The position numbers were made by a program, and so were the translations under genes. This document shows positions 14,871 to 28,599 of a DNA stretch of 64,000 nucleotides, piece by piece; the stretch's first letter is position 1; each line of letters opens with the position of its first letter. The notes under the pieces were generated by a model. The model had not been told where the DNA came from, made no database searches, and saw nothing but the letters and a program-made list of their open reading frames with translations. The stretch spans positions 32,118,001 to 32,182,000 of the forward strand of contig NC_087245.1 of assembly GCF_037042905.1 (NCBI RefSeq). Direction: 5' to 3'. The stretch is from Lytechinus pictus (lineage: Eukaryota).

Positions 14871-15230
14871 TCAATTCAATTCAATTCAATTCAATTCAAT
14901 TTATTTACACTCTCAATAAAAACATGAAAAACATACATAAGGTACATAAGTAAAACATTGTGACAACATACAAAAACATATTTATGAGAATGAGGGGCCA
15001 ACAAAAAAGAGCAGATAGCCTTATTGAGCGTTGACCCAACAACTATAAGACAAAATCAATACAAAGTCACTTTTGTTGATCGCACTTGCACCATGGAAAA
15101 AAAATATATATACAGTCACGTCTGCATAAATCTATCCTTTCTATCAAAGTCATATATTTACCTCAAGATTTCACGTAAAATTTTTGAGAAGTTGAAAACA
15201 GATTTCTTTGGTCCAAGATAATTGATGACA
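14871..15230 (-). mobile_element. LINE 3'-end fragment
   Basis: (CAATT)n tail and a hairpin-like GGGCCAAC..GTTGACCC, with the same layout as the LINE at 17540. Confidence 0.55.
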
Positions 15231-15250
15231 CCAACTCACCTTGGAAGTAT

Positions 15251-15603
15251 ACACAGTAAAAACGCAGTTCATCATATACAATGTTGTTTACTTCACTTTA
15301 CAATAGTTCTGTTACAGTTTAAACAAAGCTTAAATCTGTTTAATATTTAATATTTAATGAATTATGCATGGGTTCTCAACATTTAAAACAAGTGTTTAAA
15401 TTTTATACAACGCTGTTTACTACATGAACTTTATAATAGTTGCTTAACAATTTAAACAACAGAGATTAATATCGCATCATCATTGATAAAGCATGGTTGT
15501 TACTCAATTTAAACCCTCATTTCAGTGTTTAGACAATTACTGCAAAGTTCATATATCAAACAGCACTTCATACAAACATAAAATAAAAGCATTTTCCAGT
15601 GTA
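15251..15603. mobile_element. CAC-ended non-autonomous DNA element (TTTAAACA-rich)
   Basis: Ends TACACAGTAAAAAC and TTTTCCAGTGTA; similar remnants at ~2172-2380 and ~48640-48837. Confidence 0.5.
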
Positions 15604-15730
15604 GTGTTTACATCAGAGTAACACATCAAGATCTATTGAAATGAATATTTTCTTTTCTTTATTCCAAAATATTTGTTTTCTGTCCAATACTGCACATTCT
15701 TTGGCACATATAATAGAAGATATTTATCAA

Positions 15731-16203
15731 AGGGGAAGTTCACCCTGAAAATAGGTTGGTTTTATTGATAGCTTAAAAAATGGAGGAAGTTTTGAAAGTT
15801 TGATGAAAATCCATCAGGGATTAAGAGAGTTTTGATTTGTTTAATTTCTTATTTGATAAGTGATATCAAATGCAAGCAGCTCTCCCATTAATCATTTAAT
15901 ATAAATTCCTAAAATTCTTCTTTTTACCTAGAACATGAATAAAAAATATTTTTCTAACAGAAGGGGTATAAAATGATGTCTGATGATATTCCCTGGCACA
16001 AATATATTCACATTCATTTTTTTAGAAAATTGCATTAAAAAAAAATTCATATCACATGACATATGGAGGAGCTGCTCGACTATGGCGTCACAAAATTAAA
16101 ACTTTAATAATTCATGAATCCATTTTTCATCAAACCACCTGAATTTCTTGCTAACTTTTCTGCTTTTATTAATACAAACCTATTGTCAGGCTACACTTCC
16201 CCT
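15731..16203. mobile_element. Older Kolobok-like non-autonomous element
   Basis: Ends AGGGGAAGT..CCTGA and TCAGG..ACTTCCCCT with degenerate TTAA flanks. Confidence 0.65.
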
Positions 16204-16574
16204 TAAAGCACAGAATAACGAGTGCAGTTCTTGTAAATTACATTACTTGACAACCTCAACATTATTCATGAAATGTATTCACCAGTCAACATGATAACAT
16301 GTTTAAGTTCTTTCAATTTCACAAGAGCTAAAAAAAAATGGGGGGGGGGGGGCATGACCAAAGCTATCTGTGAAAAACTAAAAGTACACAACCAGACAAT
16401 GTAAACATGCAATTACCATTAATTCTGAGCTATGCAAACAATTGCAATCTCATTAGCAGATTTTAATTAAGTTCAAAGAGATTACAGCACACTCTGCAAA
16501 CAGAACCAGCTTAAAAACAGCAATTACACTCAGATATTAAAGATGATAGCTACTTTAATCTGATTATACCTTAT

Positions 16575-16810
16575 ATCTGAATCCTAGCCTTGGTGTGTTT
16601 TCCTGCAGCAAGAAATTTATCCACAATGTGCTGCACTTGACCCAGGTGAGGTGAGTGGGTACCCGGTAGGAATAATTCCTTGAATGCACGAGCGCTGAAA
16701 GGCAGCTCAGGCTAAAGCCAGGGTAATAATAATAATAATAACAATGCACCTCAGATAGAATGTTTCTAGATAGATGGTGCTATACAAATGCCTATTACTA
16801 TTATCATTAC
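16575..16810 (+). mobile_element. SINE family A, 5'-truncated
   Basis: Near-identical to 7385-7612. Confidence 0.88.
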
Positions 16811-17091
16811 CTTAACTTTCACAGATCTAAAATAACTAGATTTAAACTTCATCTCAAAGATTTGAATCCAGACAATTTTAGCTCTTAAATGTAAATTTTG
16901 AAATTAAATGTTAATCCAGAGTTCTGAACAGGATCACTAAGTATCCATGTCTGGGAACTTAAACAGCACCTTTTCAATAGTATGATTGATGCACAATGCT
17001 ATATAGGATTTGACGACTTGAAACCAATATATGGAAAGTTAAACAAGAGCTATACGAGTCTGTTTGCTGCACAATACTACAAATAGACCTG

Positions 17092-17272
17092 GGGGATGTT
17101 TCACAAAGATTTAAGTATGACTTAGAGTTGCACTTAAATGCCTAGTTGCGTGCAGGATCAAAGGCATGACCGCAATGGTCAGATCATGCCAAGAGGACGC
17201 GCACTACTGCAAATTACTCGTCAGGATTTAAGTGCGACTCTAAGTCATACTTAAATCTTTGTGAAACACCCC
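17092..17272. mobile_element. Palindromic MITE with CTG TSD (Harbinger-type)
   Basis: ~50-bp inverted arms TGTTTCACAAAGATTTAAGTATGACTTAGAGT; CTG on both sides. Confidence 0.8.
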
Positions 17273-17539
17273 CTGATTACCTTAAAATCAGTGCAAGGTA
17301 CTTAAACAGTACCTTTAGGAGTTGGTTTGTTGCACAATGCTAGATCTGATCCCTTTAAAATCTACGTCTGGAAACTTAAATAGTACCTTTAGGAATCGGT
17401 TCGTCGCACAATGCTAGATAGGATCTGATCCCTTTAAAATCAGTGTCTGGAAACTTAAACAGTACCTTTAAGAGTCGGTTTGTTGCACAATGCTAGATAA
17501 GATCTGATCCCTTTAAAATCTATGTTTGGAAACTTAAAT

Positions 17540-18658
17540 GAGTTGAGTTGAGTTGAGTTGAATTTATTAACAACATTAACATATTTACATGAATGAATAT
17601 ATGTGTAATACATATTTACAAGAATGTGTTATATAACATGAATCATATAAATGCAATTCATAACATAACATAATCATAGTCTAAATAAAAACACAATATA
17701 ATACCGCATGTGATATCAGCATATAATACAAAAGAGTAACATCATGTGTTTTGTCTTGATGCAGTTTCACCTGACAAGAAGCAAATCACCATAAAAATGG
17801 ATTGTATGCATGAACATAAATTATAAATGGTATGGGTGATTTTGTACCAAATGAAATGCTGTTAAAGGGAGAACCAAAAGTTAGCACAAGTGCTAGTCGA
17901 GAATGGTTTCCCAAAAGGATCAAAGTTCAATGTATCTACTTCTAAAACAACTTTGTTTTATTTAATTTTTTTCCAAACTCATATCAATCATCAAACTTCA
18001 TTAATCAAGTAATTTTTCAGATTTTTACGAAATGAAAACCGTGTTCTTTTCTCTCGTATACTCTGGGGCAAACTATTTCAAAACTTTGCTCCAATAAAAG
18101 ATATAGAAAAAGTGCCATGTGTAGTGTTACATTTGGGGAGTCTTAGCATGGAATGTTCTCTGCCTCTGGTTTTGTAACTATGATTTAACATCTCAAAGTA
18201 TTGCTTTACAGAATGTGGTAAATGTTCCTTGTGTAAATCATAAACAAATGTTGATACTGCAAGTTTATGCAAGTCATAAATACCTAATACCCCCAGACTG
18301 ACGAATAGTGGCGTAGAGCTTGTTCTAAGTGGAGAAAATGTAATTGCTCTCATAGCCATTTTCTGCGCCAAATATATACGATTTAGGTGGCTCCTGTAGC
18401 TACTTCCCCAAACTTCAATTCCAAAAGATATGTGTGGTTGTATAAAACATTTATACAAAAGCATTAGAACATGCCGTGGTACATAGTAACGTAATTTAAA
18501 AAGCAAACCAATTTTCCGCCTAATGCATTTATCAATACATTGGATCTGGTTTTTCCACAACAAAGATTCATCGATTTGAATTCCTACAAAAGATGCCACA
18601 TGTACTTTTTCTATAACTGTTTCACATAAAGTTAATACACCTTCAATAGGCGGTTTAA
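17540..18658 (-). mobile_element. 5'-truncated CR1/L2-group (Crack/Daphne-like) LINE
   Basis: ORF 18078..18599 (LWKNQI..KIGLLFKLR..LYKCFIQPHISFGIEVWG..AQKMAMRAI) matches the C-terminal region after the RT domain. 3' UTR hairpin at ~17867-17912; (AACTC)n tail at 17540-17560. Confidence 0.85.
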
Positions 18659-21600
18659 CCTTTAAGAGGCGGTTTGTTGCACAAATGCTAGATAGGATCT
18701 AATCCCTTTGAAATCTATGTCTGAAAACTTAAACAGTACCTGTATTAAGAGTCTATTTTGTTGCACAATGCTAGATAGGATCTGATCCCTTTTAAATCTA
18801 TGTCTGGAAGCTTCAATAGTACCTTTAAGAGTCGCTTAATCAGTACCTTTAAGAGTCGGTTTGTTGCACAATGCTGGAAAAAAGCTGATCCTGCATTTCA
18901 GAGTTGCTCAACCAAAGTCGCTACAGAATGGGAACACCTATCATTCAAGCTTCTCTGCCCCGAGGCAGTTTCAGACAAATAATAAAGTTGAAATAGCACC
19001 GCAATGTAGCACAAAAAGACATTAACACCATACAGGGTGTACTAATACAAAGGAAAGCCAATTTTAATGTCTGTTTGTGAGAAAATAATGCTATTGAAAA
19101 TTGTGAAACTGATATTACTTGAAAGTATGATTTATCAGCACTCCAATGATACTTGAATTAGTTTTCTTGAACCAAGCATCACTGAACAACATTGTTCTGA
19201 AAATCTGGTGCAAATGATGTGGTTCCTTTCACTGCATATAGATAGGCAAACTGTTATTGTGCATTTGAAGAATTAAATTATGCATTTGCTTGGTAAACAT
19301 TACTTCTAAAAGAATTATTTTTATATCTTTGAATTGAATCTACTACTTCTATTTAAAATGGAATGTATATCTCTTAATAATTTTTTTTATTCTTCTCACT
19401 TCACTGCAAAATTACTTTTGATCTAAATATTAACAGCAGGATGAATTAATCTGTATTTGAATTGACAATGCAAGGCATTCCACAAGACTACTGAGCCTTA
19501 GGATAAATTGTTTTGCAAATAACAGTTTTTTTAAGCATTACCATCACTATCATTATCATCATCTTAATCATCACCAGCACCACCACCATAATCATCATCA
19601 TCATCATTATTATCATCACCATCATCATCATAGATTTGCAACAAAAAAATTAAAAAACATATCCTCTCTATCAAGTCTTATTTAAACATACAAAAACCCT
19701 TGACCCTTGACATATTTCAGCCATCAATTATTGAAAATGGATTTATTCGAATGACGAAACAGCGAAAAAGCGTCAGTCCTGGAGTAAATTAGCTTTATAA
19801 ATTGCTCGCGCCTATTACATCTCATTACACCATAGCAGAGCCCCAGTGGGTAAAGAGAACATCAGGAACGGGATCAGGAGAAACATTAATGAGATTTGGT
19901 TCCCTGTGAGAGAGGGGACTACCTCAACTCATTTCCTCTGATCCTTTATTGACTGATTGCTCCCGGCAATATTCCTCAACAGCCCGTCTCTTCTCTGTTA
20001 TTTAGATTACAGCAGTTGATCGGCAAAACAACGCTCTGAGCTCGGAGAATAATAAAGACAAGCATCCCTGTTTCTTTCATACTTGTGTACGAGGGGACCA
20101 CGAAACACTAAGCGTTGTACCTGGTTATAAAATTTATGCTTACGATCGATTGCATACAAAAATCAATGCAATCGGTTTTTAATTTCAGTCTCGCAATCAA
20201 ATTCTAAGCTCTCTGTTACAGGGGCCAGATAATCAAATACAGGGTATAGAACAGTTTCATATATTCTGCAGTGATTGATAAAGTTAGATACCACTTGCAT
20301 TTCCAGTCAATCCAACAATCTCAAAACAGTCTCGTCATGTATGTATAGATCAAACAGAGGACACCTACATTGTTATACATATTAAAGAAAAAAGACTATG
20401 GGATGAGGTGCTCAAATATGATGACACAAATTCAAAACTTTTAAATCAATTTCTCTCTTTTTAAATATTCTTTGATGGAGTTTTGTCAAACCTTCAACAT
20501 TATATTATTCTCTAATTTTATATGGTTTCACCGAAACAACTTTAATGTCAGATTCAACTTCCCCTTTAAGACGACTACATCAAAAAATTAAAAAGTACGG
20601 TTTTCCCAAAAGTGCATGGTAATTTCCATCCTCTGCTCATTAATCCAATGCCTATTACTTTCTGCTAAATATAGTCACCCATCGTTACCAAATGATGGTC
20701 TCAAAGGCGGAAAATTATCTATAAATAGGCCTCCTACATGGAAACGTATCCAATTTTCTAAAGAAACGGGGTTATTTCTTATCCAATACCTCTAACAATC
20801 AGGTCTCGAGGTAGATGGACGGAAAATATAGATTAATGAGCGCAGGCAGTGGTATCAAAGTAGATATGTTTGCTAAGGAATGATCATTATTACAATGCTA
20901 GTATGCCCTCATATAAAGCCTCTGGGTATAATGATTAGCCTACATCTTTCTCAAAATTATGACGGCGCACAAACCAAGAGACTTCTTGAGACTGTTACCC
21001 AATGGCAACGCGATGAAAATCATAAGATTTCATTGTGGGTAAACAAACAGCGGGACAAACTTAAAGGGGTTTTGTAGAGAAGGGGGAGGGAGAGGGAGAG
21101 AGAGGGGGAGAGAAAATGGGAGAATGTGGGATATGTGGAAGCATCATGATGTTCTATTTAATCCTTCTATAATTAATTCATTAATTCATCTTTTTTTACT
21201 TTTTACTAATTTTATTATCACAAATAAAATATATTTCTGTGACTGGTTTGTCTTTATTATACACGTATGAATGTGTGTGCCCTATTCATTTATGATTAGA
21301 AGGACATGAAATACAAATGTATTCTGTAGGACAAATTGTGCGATTTTGCATTACTTGGATACTGCCTGGTCAAAATAAATTATGTTGGTACTTCTTTTTC
21401 TTAAGACTTAAATAAATCTACTTCTTCAACACAGCATGTGCAGACAATTCCAGGATATACTCTCAGTCTGTTGCTACCTGATATCCTATCACAAAGCTTA
21501 CAAGACGAGTGTTCCAAGGATCATGTTTAAAGAAAAATATAACATTAAAACAAATCAGTCATTGAAAATTTCATTCAGTTGCCACTGCACAGACTCTTGA

Positions 21601-23601
21601 ACGATTACAATGTTAGATGATGCTGGAGTATAATTCACATTATTTGCCTTATACCAAAGCCTTCACATATGGCTTAAAGTATGATCCCCAACGGTTAACT
21701 TTCCATTGCTATCAGCATACAAACTGTTGGCTTTCCCCTTGAATACAAGAATAATATATCAGATAAACAAAACCCCCAAAACTACATTCAGGTTTGGTGT
21801 GTTACAAAACATCCAATGGGGGGAATCAAGTATTAAAACATAAATTACGTACGTGGTATACATATATTAGTTTCAATGAACTTTTCAATAAAATAATTCT
21901 CATTACCAAAAAGTCTTTAGTTTCTGTGTGTTTTCAACAACTTACATATTGTAATGTAAGCCTATAAGTGTATTTATCCTTTAAATCAGTTTTACATAAG
22001 GTAAGAGAAACTTTTAAAGACAGTCACTTGGTGAAATAATCTGGGAAAAAGAGGAGATTGGTGATGGAAATTTCATAGTTGTAAACGTTCTGGACATATT
22101 TTTTTTTCTTACTTCTAATCATGCTCTTGTAGTTTTCTATCACTATGATTTTATTTTTCAATGTTTAGGGGTTGTTTGCAAGAAAAATGTAAATTGAATG
22201 AATAAAATTAAATAAAAATATCTATAATAATGGGAGAAATCAGATGTAAAAGAAATGTTTATCACCACAGTTTCATTCTCCATTCCAATCCAATAATCTT
22301 GACCCAACTTCCAAGGATGCATTTTCTAACAGTCAAAATGGCTAGCTTTTAATCATCTCATTGCCATTTTCTCTCTCCTATCAATCCATCCACCCACCCA
22401 ACCACAGTCTTTAATAATTTCTGCCTCTGGGAGGTTGCGAGCGATGATGAATAGGCAAAGGCAAGCTATTCCATCAGGCTCCCAAGGATAGGAGGCTGCG
22501 TATCGCGGACAAAAGGCGGAGGAAGAGTACCTGCGCTCGCTCACAAAGGGACTCCCCGACATGATCAACACAGCACCACGACACTCTATCTCTGACCTTT
22601 CTTGGTCTACCTCAGGCCCACAATGGCCACACTTGTCGATTGTGCATAATAGGTACTCAAACCTTGGGTTTGTCATAGAGTGGTGACAAGTCTGCTCTGC
22701 AAACCCTTCAAGTTAAATGGTCTGATATACAAACTACAATGCTGTTCAAACCCTTCACTCGAGTACATTGGTCTGAATATGCAGCCTACAGTGACCTTTG
22801 TACCGAAGGCATCTGAAAGTTTTGTATGTGCTAGTCTGGTGTGTGAAGACCCACTTGTGATCAAAGATTCAATCAGGGTCTGTGCCTGCAGACTCAAGTG
22901 GTGGCAGCAGTGGGATCATGAACAACCCACATATTTTTTCACGCATGGGGATGGGGCAACTATTTTCCATCCAGTTAAACAAGAGTTACGTACTTACGGT
23001 CATGTCTGACTTATTTCCTCTTACAACTGCTGACTGAAAGAGCTTGTACATCACAGAAAACGATATTTAGAGCATGTACATAACATAAACTCTTGACTGT
23101 CCTTTTGACACAGCAAAAGTTATCTCGTCATGACCCTGTGCGACTTACTTCCTCTTGAAAATTGGATTGACATTAGTGTGGGCATGCTTCACTTCATTTA
23201 AATGAGACAAAATATTCTTCTTTAAAGTTCAATTCATGTGAAATTCATTCAGTGAGCTCTTCTCCTAAACCGCACTTTGTTGTAAGGCGTTTGGAGAAAC
23301 TCCATCTGGGCCAGGTAACATAAAACATAGCGTTTGATCAGAGTGCTGATTTCTACGATTGATTGCATTGATTATGGTGTATGATCAATCGTACATATCA
23401 GCATTGCAATCAATTGTTAAGCTTTATGTTTAAGGGTCCCGGTCTGGATCTTTCATAATAATTCAACATTGATATCGAGAGCCATGACCCATATTCAGAA
23501 GGTTGTAATTAAAATTGAACAATGGTTTCCATCGATGGACTAATTATGGGTAGCACATTTTTAATATTAGATGGCTCCTGAAGTACATGCTTGAAGTATA
23601 A

Positions 23602-23878
23602 CGGCATGTTTCTACAGAGAAACGGTAATAGCCGCGTAAGTAATCAGAAATCCAGAAAACTTCCCTGTAGAAACAGATGCGATGCGGTTTATTGATAAAC
23701 CGCATCACGCAAAATACGGTTTCTCATAACCAGGTGGTTATTGCCGTGTTAATCCGTTTGGAATGTGAGTTAATTGAATTATTCGCTCTGTAGAAACAGG
23801 TTGGTTTAAGGGCAATACAGGTTTTTCGATTCCGGAAAAGATAAACTGTTTTTAACGATTCTCTGTAGAAACACGCTG
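23602..23878. mobile_element. MITE with TIRs and internal CTGTAGAAACA repeats
   Basis: Ends CGGCATGTTTCTACAGAGAA and TTCTCTGTAGAAACACGCTG; the TIR core recurs twice internally. TSD is not clear. Confidence 0.65.
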
Positions 23879-24399
23879 ACTGACAGAGGTTCTGGATTTG
23901 GTGAAAAGGGGCATGAATCTAAGTACTACATGTATTAGCAGGTTTTAAAGCACCTACTCACTATGATTTTTCAAGTAATTAAAAAAAAGAAAAGAAAAGA
24001 AGAAAAAGATGGCAAAATAAAAAGAATTAATAACAAATATTTTTGTCTTGTAACTCTAAATTGCTACTGTTGATAAATCAAGAGAAAAAATCTTTAGGTT
24101 GCCATAGAATCAATATTCCATATAAATTCTCATAACTAACACATCCTTGCACTAGTATGATGTGAAAGTTGATTTAACCATTCAAACATTCTTCTCATTT
24201 TGACTTTAAGTGGATATAAACCAGAATACATTTTTAAAAACAAGATTTTGAAAGAAAAAAATTATCAACCAAATGCATCCCAACTTGTTTCTTTAATCAG
24301 CATTGTGTTAATTTGTGCAGTTTAAAAATGTTTGTTACTCTAGTGTAAAAAGGCTATTTACTTTCAGTTTCCCCCTTATGGACATATTTTATGGTCCAG

Positions 24400-24546
24400 A
24401 GGCCATTTCATAATGCTGTTCATAAGTTAAGAGCGACTTTAAGAACGACTAGTGATCCATTCTTGTGGTAAATGTTATTCATCATTAAATGCTCATTGGA
24501 GATTTAGGTCTCTCTTAACTTATAAACAGCTTTATGAAACACACAC
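24400..24546. mobile_element. CWG-flanked MITE
   Basis: Inverted arms TTTCATAATGCTGTTCATAAGTTAAGAG and CTCTTAACTTATAAACAGCTTTATGAAA; CAG flanks. Confidence 0.6.
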
Positions 24547-25494
24547 CAGATTTAAATTTAAAAAACCTAAAGATGTGAATGAGACCATTTTCTACAGAGA
24601 GTTGTTGAATTCTGATCGAAGGTTCACAAGTCTTTGGTGACGTATGCACAGATCACATGTAATTCAATTCAACCACCTCAAACTATCCATTCTCTTTTAT
24701 CCTCCAGAGAAAGAATGATATTTATCCTGACGTCATTTTACTTTTTTTTCCCAGTTTCCACCATTAACTCCAAACATCTGTGTCACTTTTCATCCCATTA
24801 TAAACCACTTCACACATGATCAAATTGCTGTTTGTCTATTCTTAAAGGAAACACTCTGTAATATAAAAATAACAGTGTGCGGATCGTTATTCAGACATCC
24901 CTGAATAAAGAACTTTGCAGCTGGTGGAATGTTGATCAAAGATACAAAACTTAAAATCTCAGCATCATCACATCTTATCAAAACAATTGCTATTTTTTCA
25001 AATATACTATTTCAGAGATATTTGGTAACTATGAAAGAAATGAGCTGTGACAGATTGTTGTTCGGCGTAAACATGAAGCCCTGAACATCTATAGCACAAA
25101 CATTGCCCATGAGTTAAATGATTGTTTGCGACAAGAATCACCAGATTGTTCTCTATCATAGAACATTGTACAAAGCATTTTATGTAGTGTTTGTGCATAA
25201 ATTAAAATATTAAGTTAAAAAAAACCTGAACAATTATACAAACCATTTCACACTTTTCATATTCCTAGTTATATATCTATCTAAAAACCTAATTATAAAA
25301 CTGACATCAAGAACTAACAAATTTACTTAAGACTTTAAATTGCAAAGGGAGTTTAAAAGATGTCTGAAATTACATCTCACAAACTGAAGTAAACTGAAAA
25401 TTAAAATATTTCACTGATGTTGAATTGTTCAAATGCATTTGATAAGAAATTGTAACCACTCATTGAAGAATTCACTATCTGCATCGACAGTTAA

Positions 25495-26090
25495 AGGGGA
25501 ATCCAGCCTTTGCCAGTAAATGTTGTGTTGGGAAGGAGAAAAATAAATTAAACAGAATGGTGAAAGTTTGAAAGAAATCGAGCAAGCAATAACAAAGTTA
25601 TAGCTGCTTTAAAATTGAGATCACTAATACTATGTAGATTTCAAATTGGCAACTGGGTAAGTAAATTATGACAAGGGGCAAGGACAACTTTCCCATAGGC
25701 CATGTACTTTATTATCAAGGATTTGTGTTTTTTTTCTTAAGTACCCATTCCCCTGGGGCTGTAATCTAAATATTACCCAGGTAGTATATTGTTTTATGTC
25801 CTCATGAAAGAAAAATATAATTTGAAATAAAACTTTTGGGAAAAATGACATTTTAGCCATAATATGTATTGGAGTACATGGAAGAGTAGTCCTTGCCTTA
25901 CATCACTATGACATCCCATACGCGGCCAATTTGAAGTCTCCATGGGTATAGTGATTACCAATATTTACAACTTTTAAAAATTCATAACTTTCTTGTTATT
26001 TGTCCGATATTGTTCAAACTTTCACCTATCAACTTGTCTGATTTTTCTTTTTCTTATAAAAAAAAGTTTTTATTTGGGTGGGATTCCCCT
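25495..26090. mobile_element. TTAA-target non-autonomous DNA transposon (Kolobok-like)
   Basis: Perfect TIRs AGGGGAATCC and GGATTCCCCT; TTAA on both sides; inverted subterminal segments. Confidence 0.8.
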
Positions 26091-26380
26091 TTAATAAAAT
26101 GGATTTGGCCATTTAATCGACCAGTAACTTTGAAAGTTTTTATATCATATGAAAAATGTTTTTGTTGGAGGAAGAATAGAAATGTGTAAGTGGCCCCTCT
26201 AAACATTTGAGGAGATGCTCTGTTATTGCAAGTAATTGGTGATTTTATATGTTGTTCTCTTTGAAAAAAAATATCCTGTCCTCTGTGTCAAGGAAAAAAG
26301 ATATCTAACATATTGCTTCAGATATTATTTATTGTTATACACACTACAAAGAAAATAAAGGTTATCATTTATTTATGTTT

Positions 26381-26674
26381 AATAATAATAATATAGAGTA
26401 TTTATAAAGCGCCAAATCCACATTGATTATGCGCTCAAGGCGCTGAAATATACTTGGTATATTATTATTACCCCGGCTGTAGCTGAGCGGCCATATAGGC
26501 GCAAAAGCATTCAAGGAATAAATCCTACCGGGTACCCATTCACCTCACCTGGGTCGAGTGCAGCACAATGTGGATAAATTTCTTGCCGAAGGAAATTACG
26601 CCATGGCTGGGATTCGAACCCACGACCCTCTGTTTCAAAGTCCGAAGACTAATCCACTGGGCCACAACGCTCCA
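26381..26674 (-). mobile_element. SINE family A (alternative 3' tail)
   Basis: Reverse complement of the tRNA head and core; similar to 31559-31845; (AAT)n tail on the + strand. Confidence 0.9.
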
Positions 26675-27824
26675 CGTTGAATTTATACTGAATTTAGATG
26701 ATGGGGTGTCCAAACTTCGCGAACATTTAAAAATTATTCATTATCCTAAAATTTGTTTAAAAAATATTCATATTTTAATCAAAATCCAATTCAAATAATA
26801 GCTATCAAATTGACGGCAAGATTGTAAACTATAAAAGTAGGTCAAGGGGTTACACTGGTATCGCGACCTCAAAATTCTATTCTTTTCGACGAATGCGTGC
26901 TGTGCTGGAAATCTGTTCTGAAAAAGTGTGACCTAACTTCGCGGACCACAGTTTTTGTGGAGATTTAAACAAAAACTCGAGCTCGAAAGGTGAGATGTTT
27001 ATATCAGATTGACAGCAAAATGCTATAGAATTAGTCAGTACCACATTTAACTTACATTTTTTATGATATCTGCTTGCAAAATGATGATACCGTGATGCTT
27101 GTTGAGAATTTCAGATTTCTTCGGAACGGGCGCTAACGGTGACAAATTTGCCGATCTTTTTTCAATATTTTCATGAATACTGAACTCATCCTAAAGAAAC
27201 TTACGCCAAAGGGTAATTTTAGGTCGTTTTTCACGATGATGTCAGATTTTAATGATATTGGCTACTTTTGAGATAATGACCATCGGCGAAGTATGGACAC
27301 ACACAAAGCTTGGACTCACTGCCATAAATTGTATTGTGTTGGACCTATCTGCTGCAAGCTATGGAATCAATGGAATACAGATGTAAATATCTGAAGTAGA
27401 TGTGAACATCTAATTCATTGGGGGGGGGGGGGGTTGATTTAAAGTCATGCTTAAATGCATGGCCCTGGGAATATAGCTAGGGGTGCTTTTCTGGGGGGGT
27501 GCTATGTGTGTTATATAACATAGACAGCACCCATGGAATTCTGGTAGATATGGCAAAATTGAAAAATGTAACAAAAATGACCAACATTATGAAATTTTGT
27601 AGTGTAGTTTTTTTTTTTTTTTTTTTTTTTTGGGGGGGGGGGGAGGGGCTTAAAGTGCAACTGGTAACCCTGTCTTGGGTGATACATAAAGTTTTCAAAT
27701 TTTTAAGTTCCCATCAGGTAAAGTTGAAGTCTCATCTATGAAGATAAAGGTCCATATGGATATTTAAAAAATTTTCCAAATATGAGACACTTACAAATTG
27801 GAAAATTTGGAAAAAGGTCACCAG

Positions 27825-27979
27825 GGCTCCGTAACACAAAGATTTAGCAATCAATCGCAAAATTAACTGACCAATCAGGATCAATGTTACATGCGCATTT
27901 AGTTCAAAATAAAGACCAGAAACCAATCAGAAGTGTTCTTTCATAGTTGTTATTCATCGCCAAGCTTTGTGTTACGGGG
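27825..27979. mobile_element. CWG-flanked MITE
   Basis: Ends GGCTCCGTAACACAAAG and CTTTGTGTTACGGGG; CAG on both sides. A related degenerate copy lies at ~23309-23438. Confidence 0.65.
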
Positions 27980-28139
27980 CAGGGGGCATGTTTGAGATAG
28001 TGCAGGATTTCTAAAACAGGTTTATTATCAGCAAATCAAATCAAGTAATTTCAGTAGCTTTAAAGTAATATTGCAACTTTGTTATTGTAACAATTTTTAC
28101 CAAATGGGGGGCCTCAGTCATGTATGAAGGCATGTGCAA

Positions 28140-28240
28140 GAGCTAAAGCCGAGGTAATATTAATAATAACAATGCACCTCGGGTAGATATTTCTAGATAG
28201 ATGGCGCCATATAAATGCCTATTATTATTATTATTATTAA
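28140..28240 (+). mobile_element. SINE family A, 3' fragment
   Basis: GCTAAAGCCG..AATGCACCTCGG..TTCTAGATAGATGGCGCCATATAAATGCCTATTATT matches the tail of the 7326 copy. Confidence 0.75.
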
Positions 28241-28270
28241 TTCACAAACAGCTAATGAAACGGTTCCCAG

Positions 28271-28385
28271 GGACCCATTTTATAAAACTTTTTGCCATAA
28301 AAAAACTCTGGCAAACAAAATTATGCCATTGAAAATTACACATAAAAAAACTCTTTTTATGGCGAAATTTTTATGCAACGGGTCC
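28271..28385. mobile_element. CWG-flanked MITE
   Basis: Ends GGACCCATTTTATAAAA and TTTTATGCAACGGGTCC; CAG on both sides. Confidence 0.7.
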
Positions 28386-28599
28386 CAGATGTTTCTAACT
28401 CCCTCTCAGCGACGTAGCCGAATATAGAATCGAGGTAATTATATTCATCTCTGTGGTATCATTAATAATTCGTCCCAAATCGGAACTGAAAATAGATGTC
28501 CCCAATAGCAATTTAGATCTATGTCTACCTCCTCCCAGTAACACCCAGGACATACATACAGAATACATAATAGCCTGGAAACACAGAGTTTCCTTCATG

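Larger units (their letters stand above)
16925..18895. repeat. ~70-80 bp minisatellite array interrupted by a LINE and a MITE
   Basis: Unit CTTAAACAGTACCTTTAAGAGTCGGTTTGTTGCACAATGCTAGATAGGATCTGATCCCTTTAAAATCTATGTCTGGAAA is repeated at 16925-17540 and 18659-18895. Confidence 0.85.

Noticed and set aside
16925..18895. CRISPR-like regular repeat
   Set aside because: Units are contiguous with no unique spacers, there are no cas genes, and the context is eukaryotic.
22353..23009. Cluster of 74-109 aa ORFs
   Set aside because: No motifs and no consistent splice structure.
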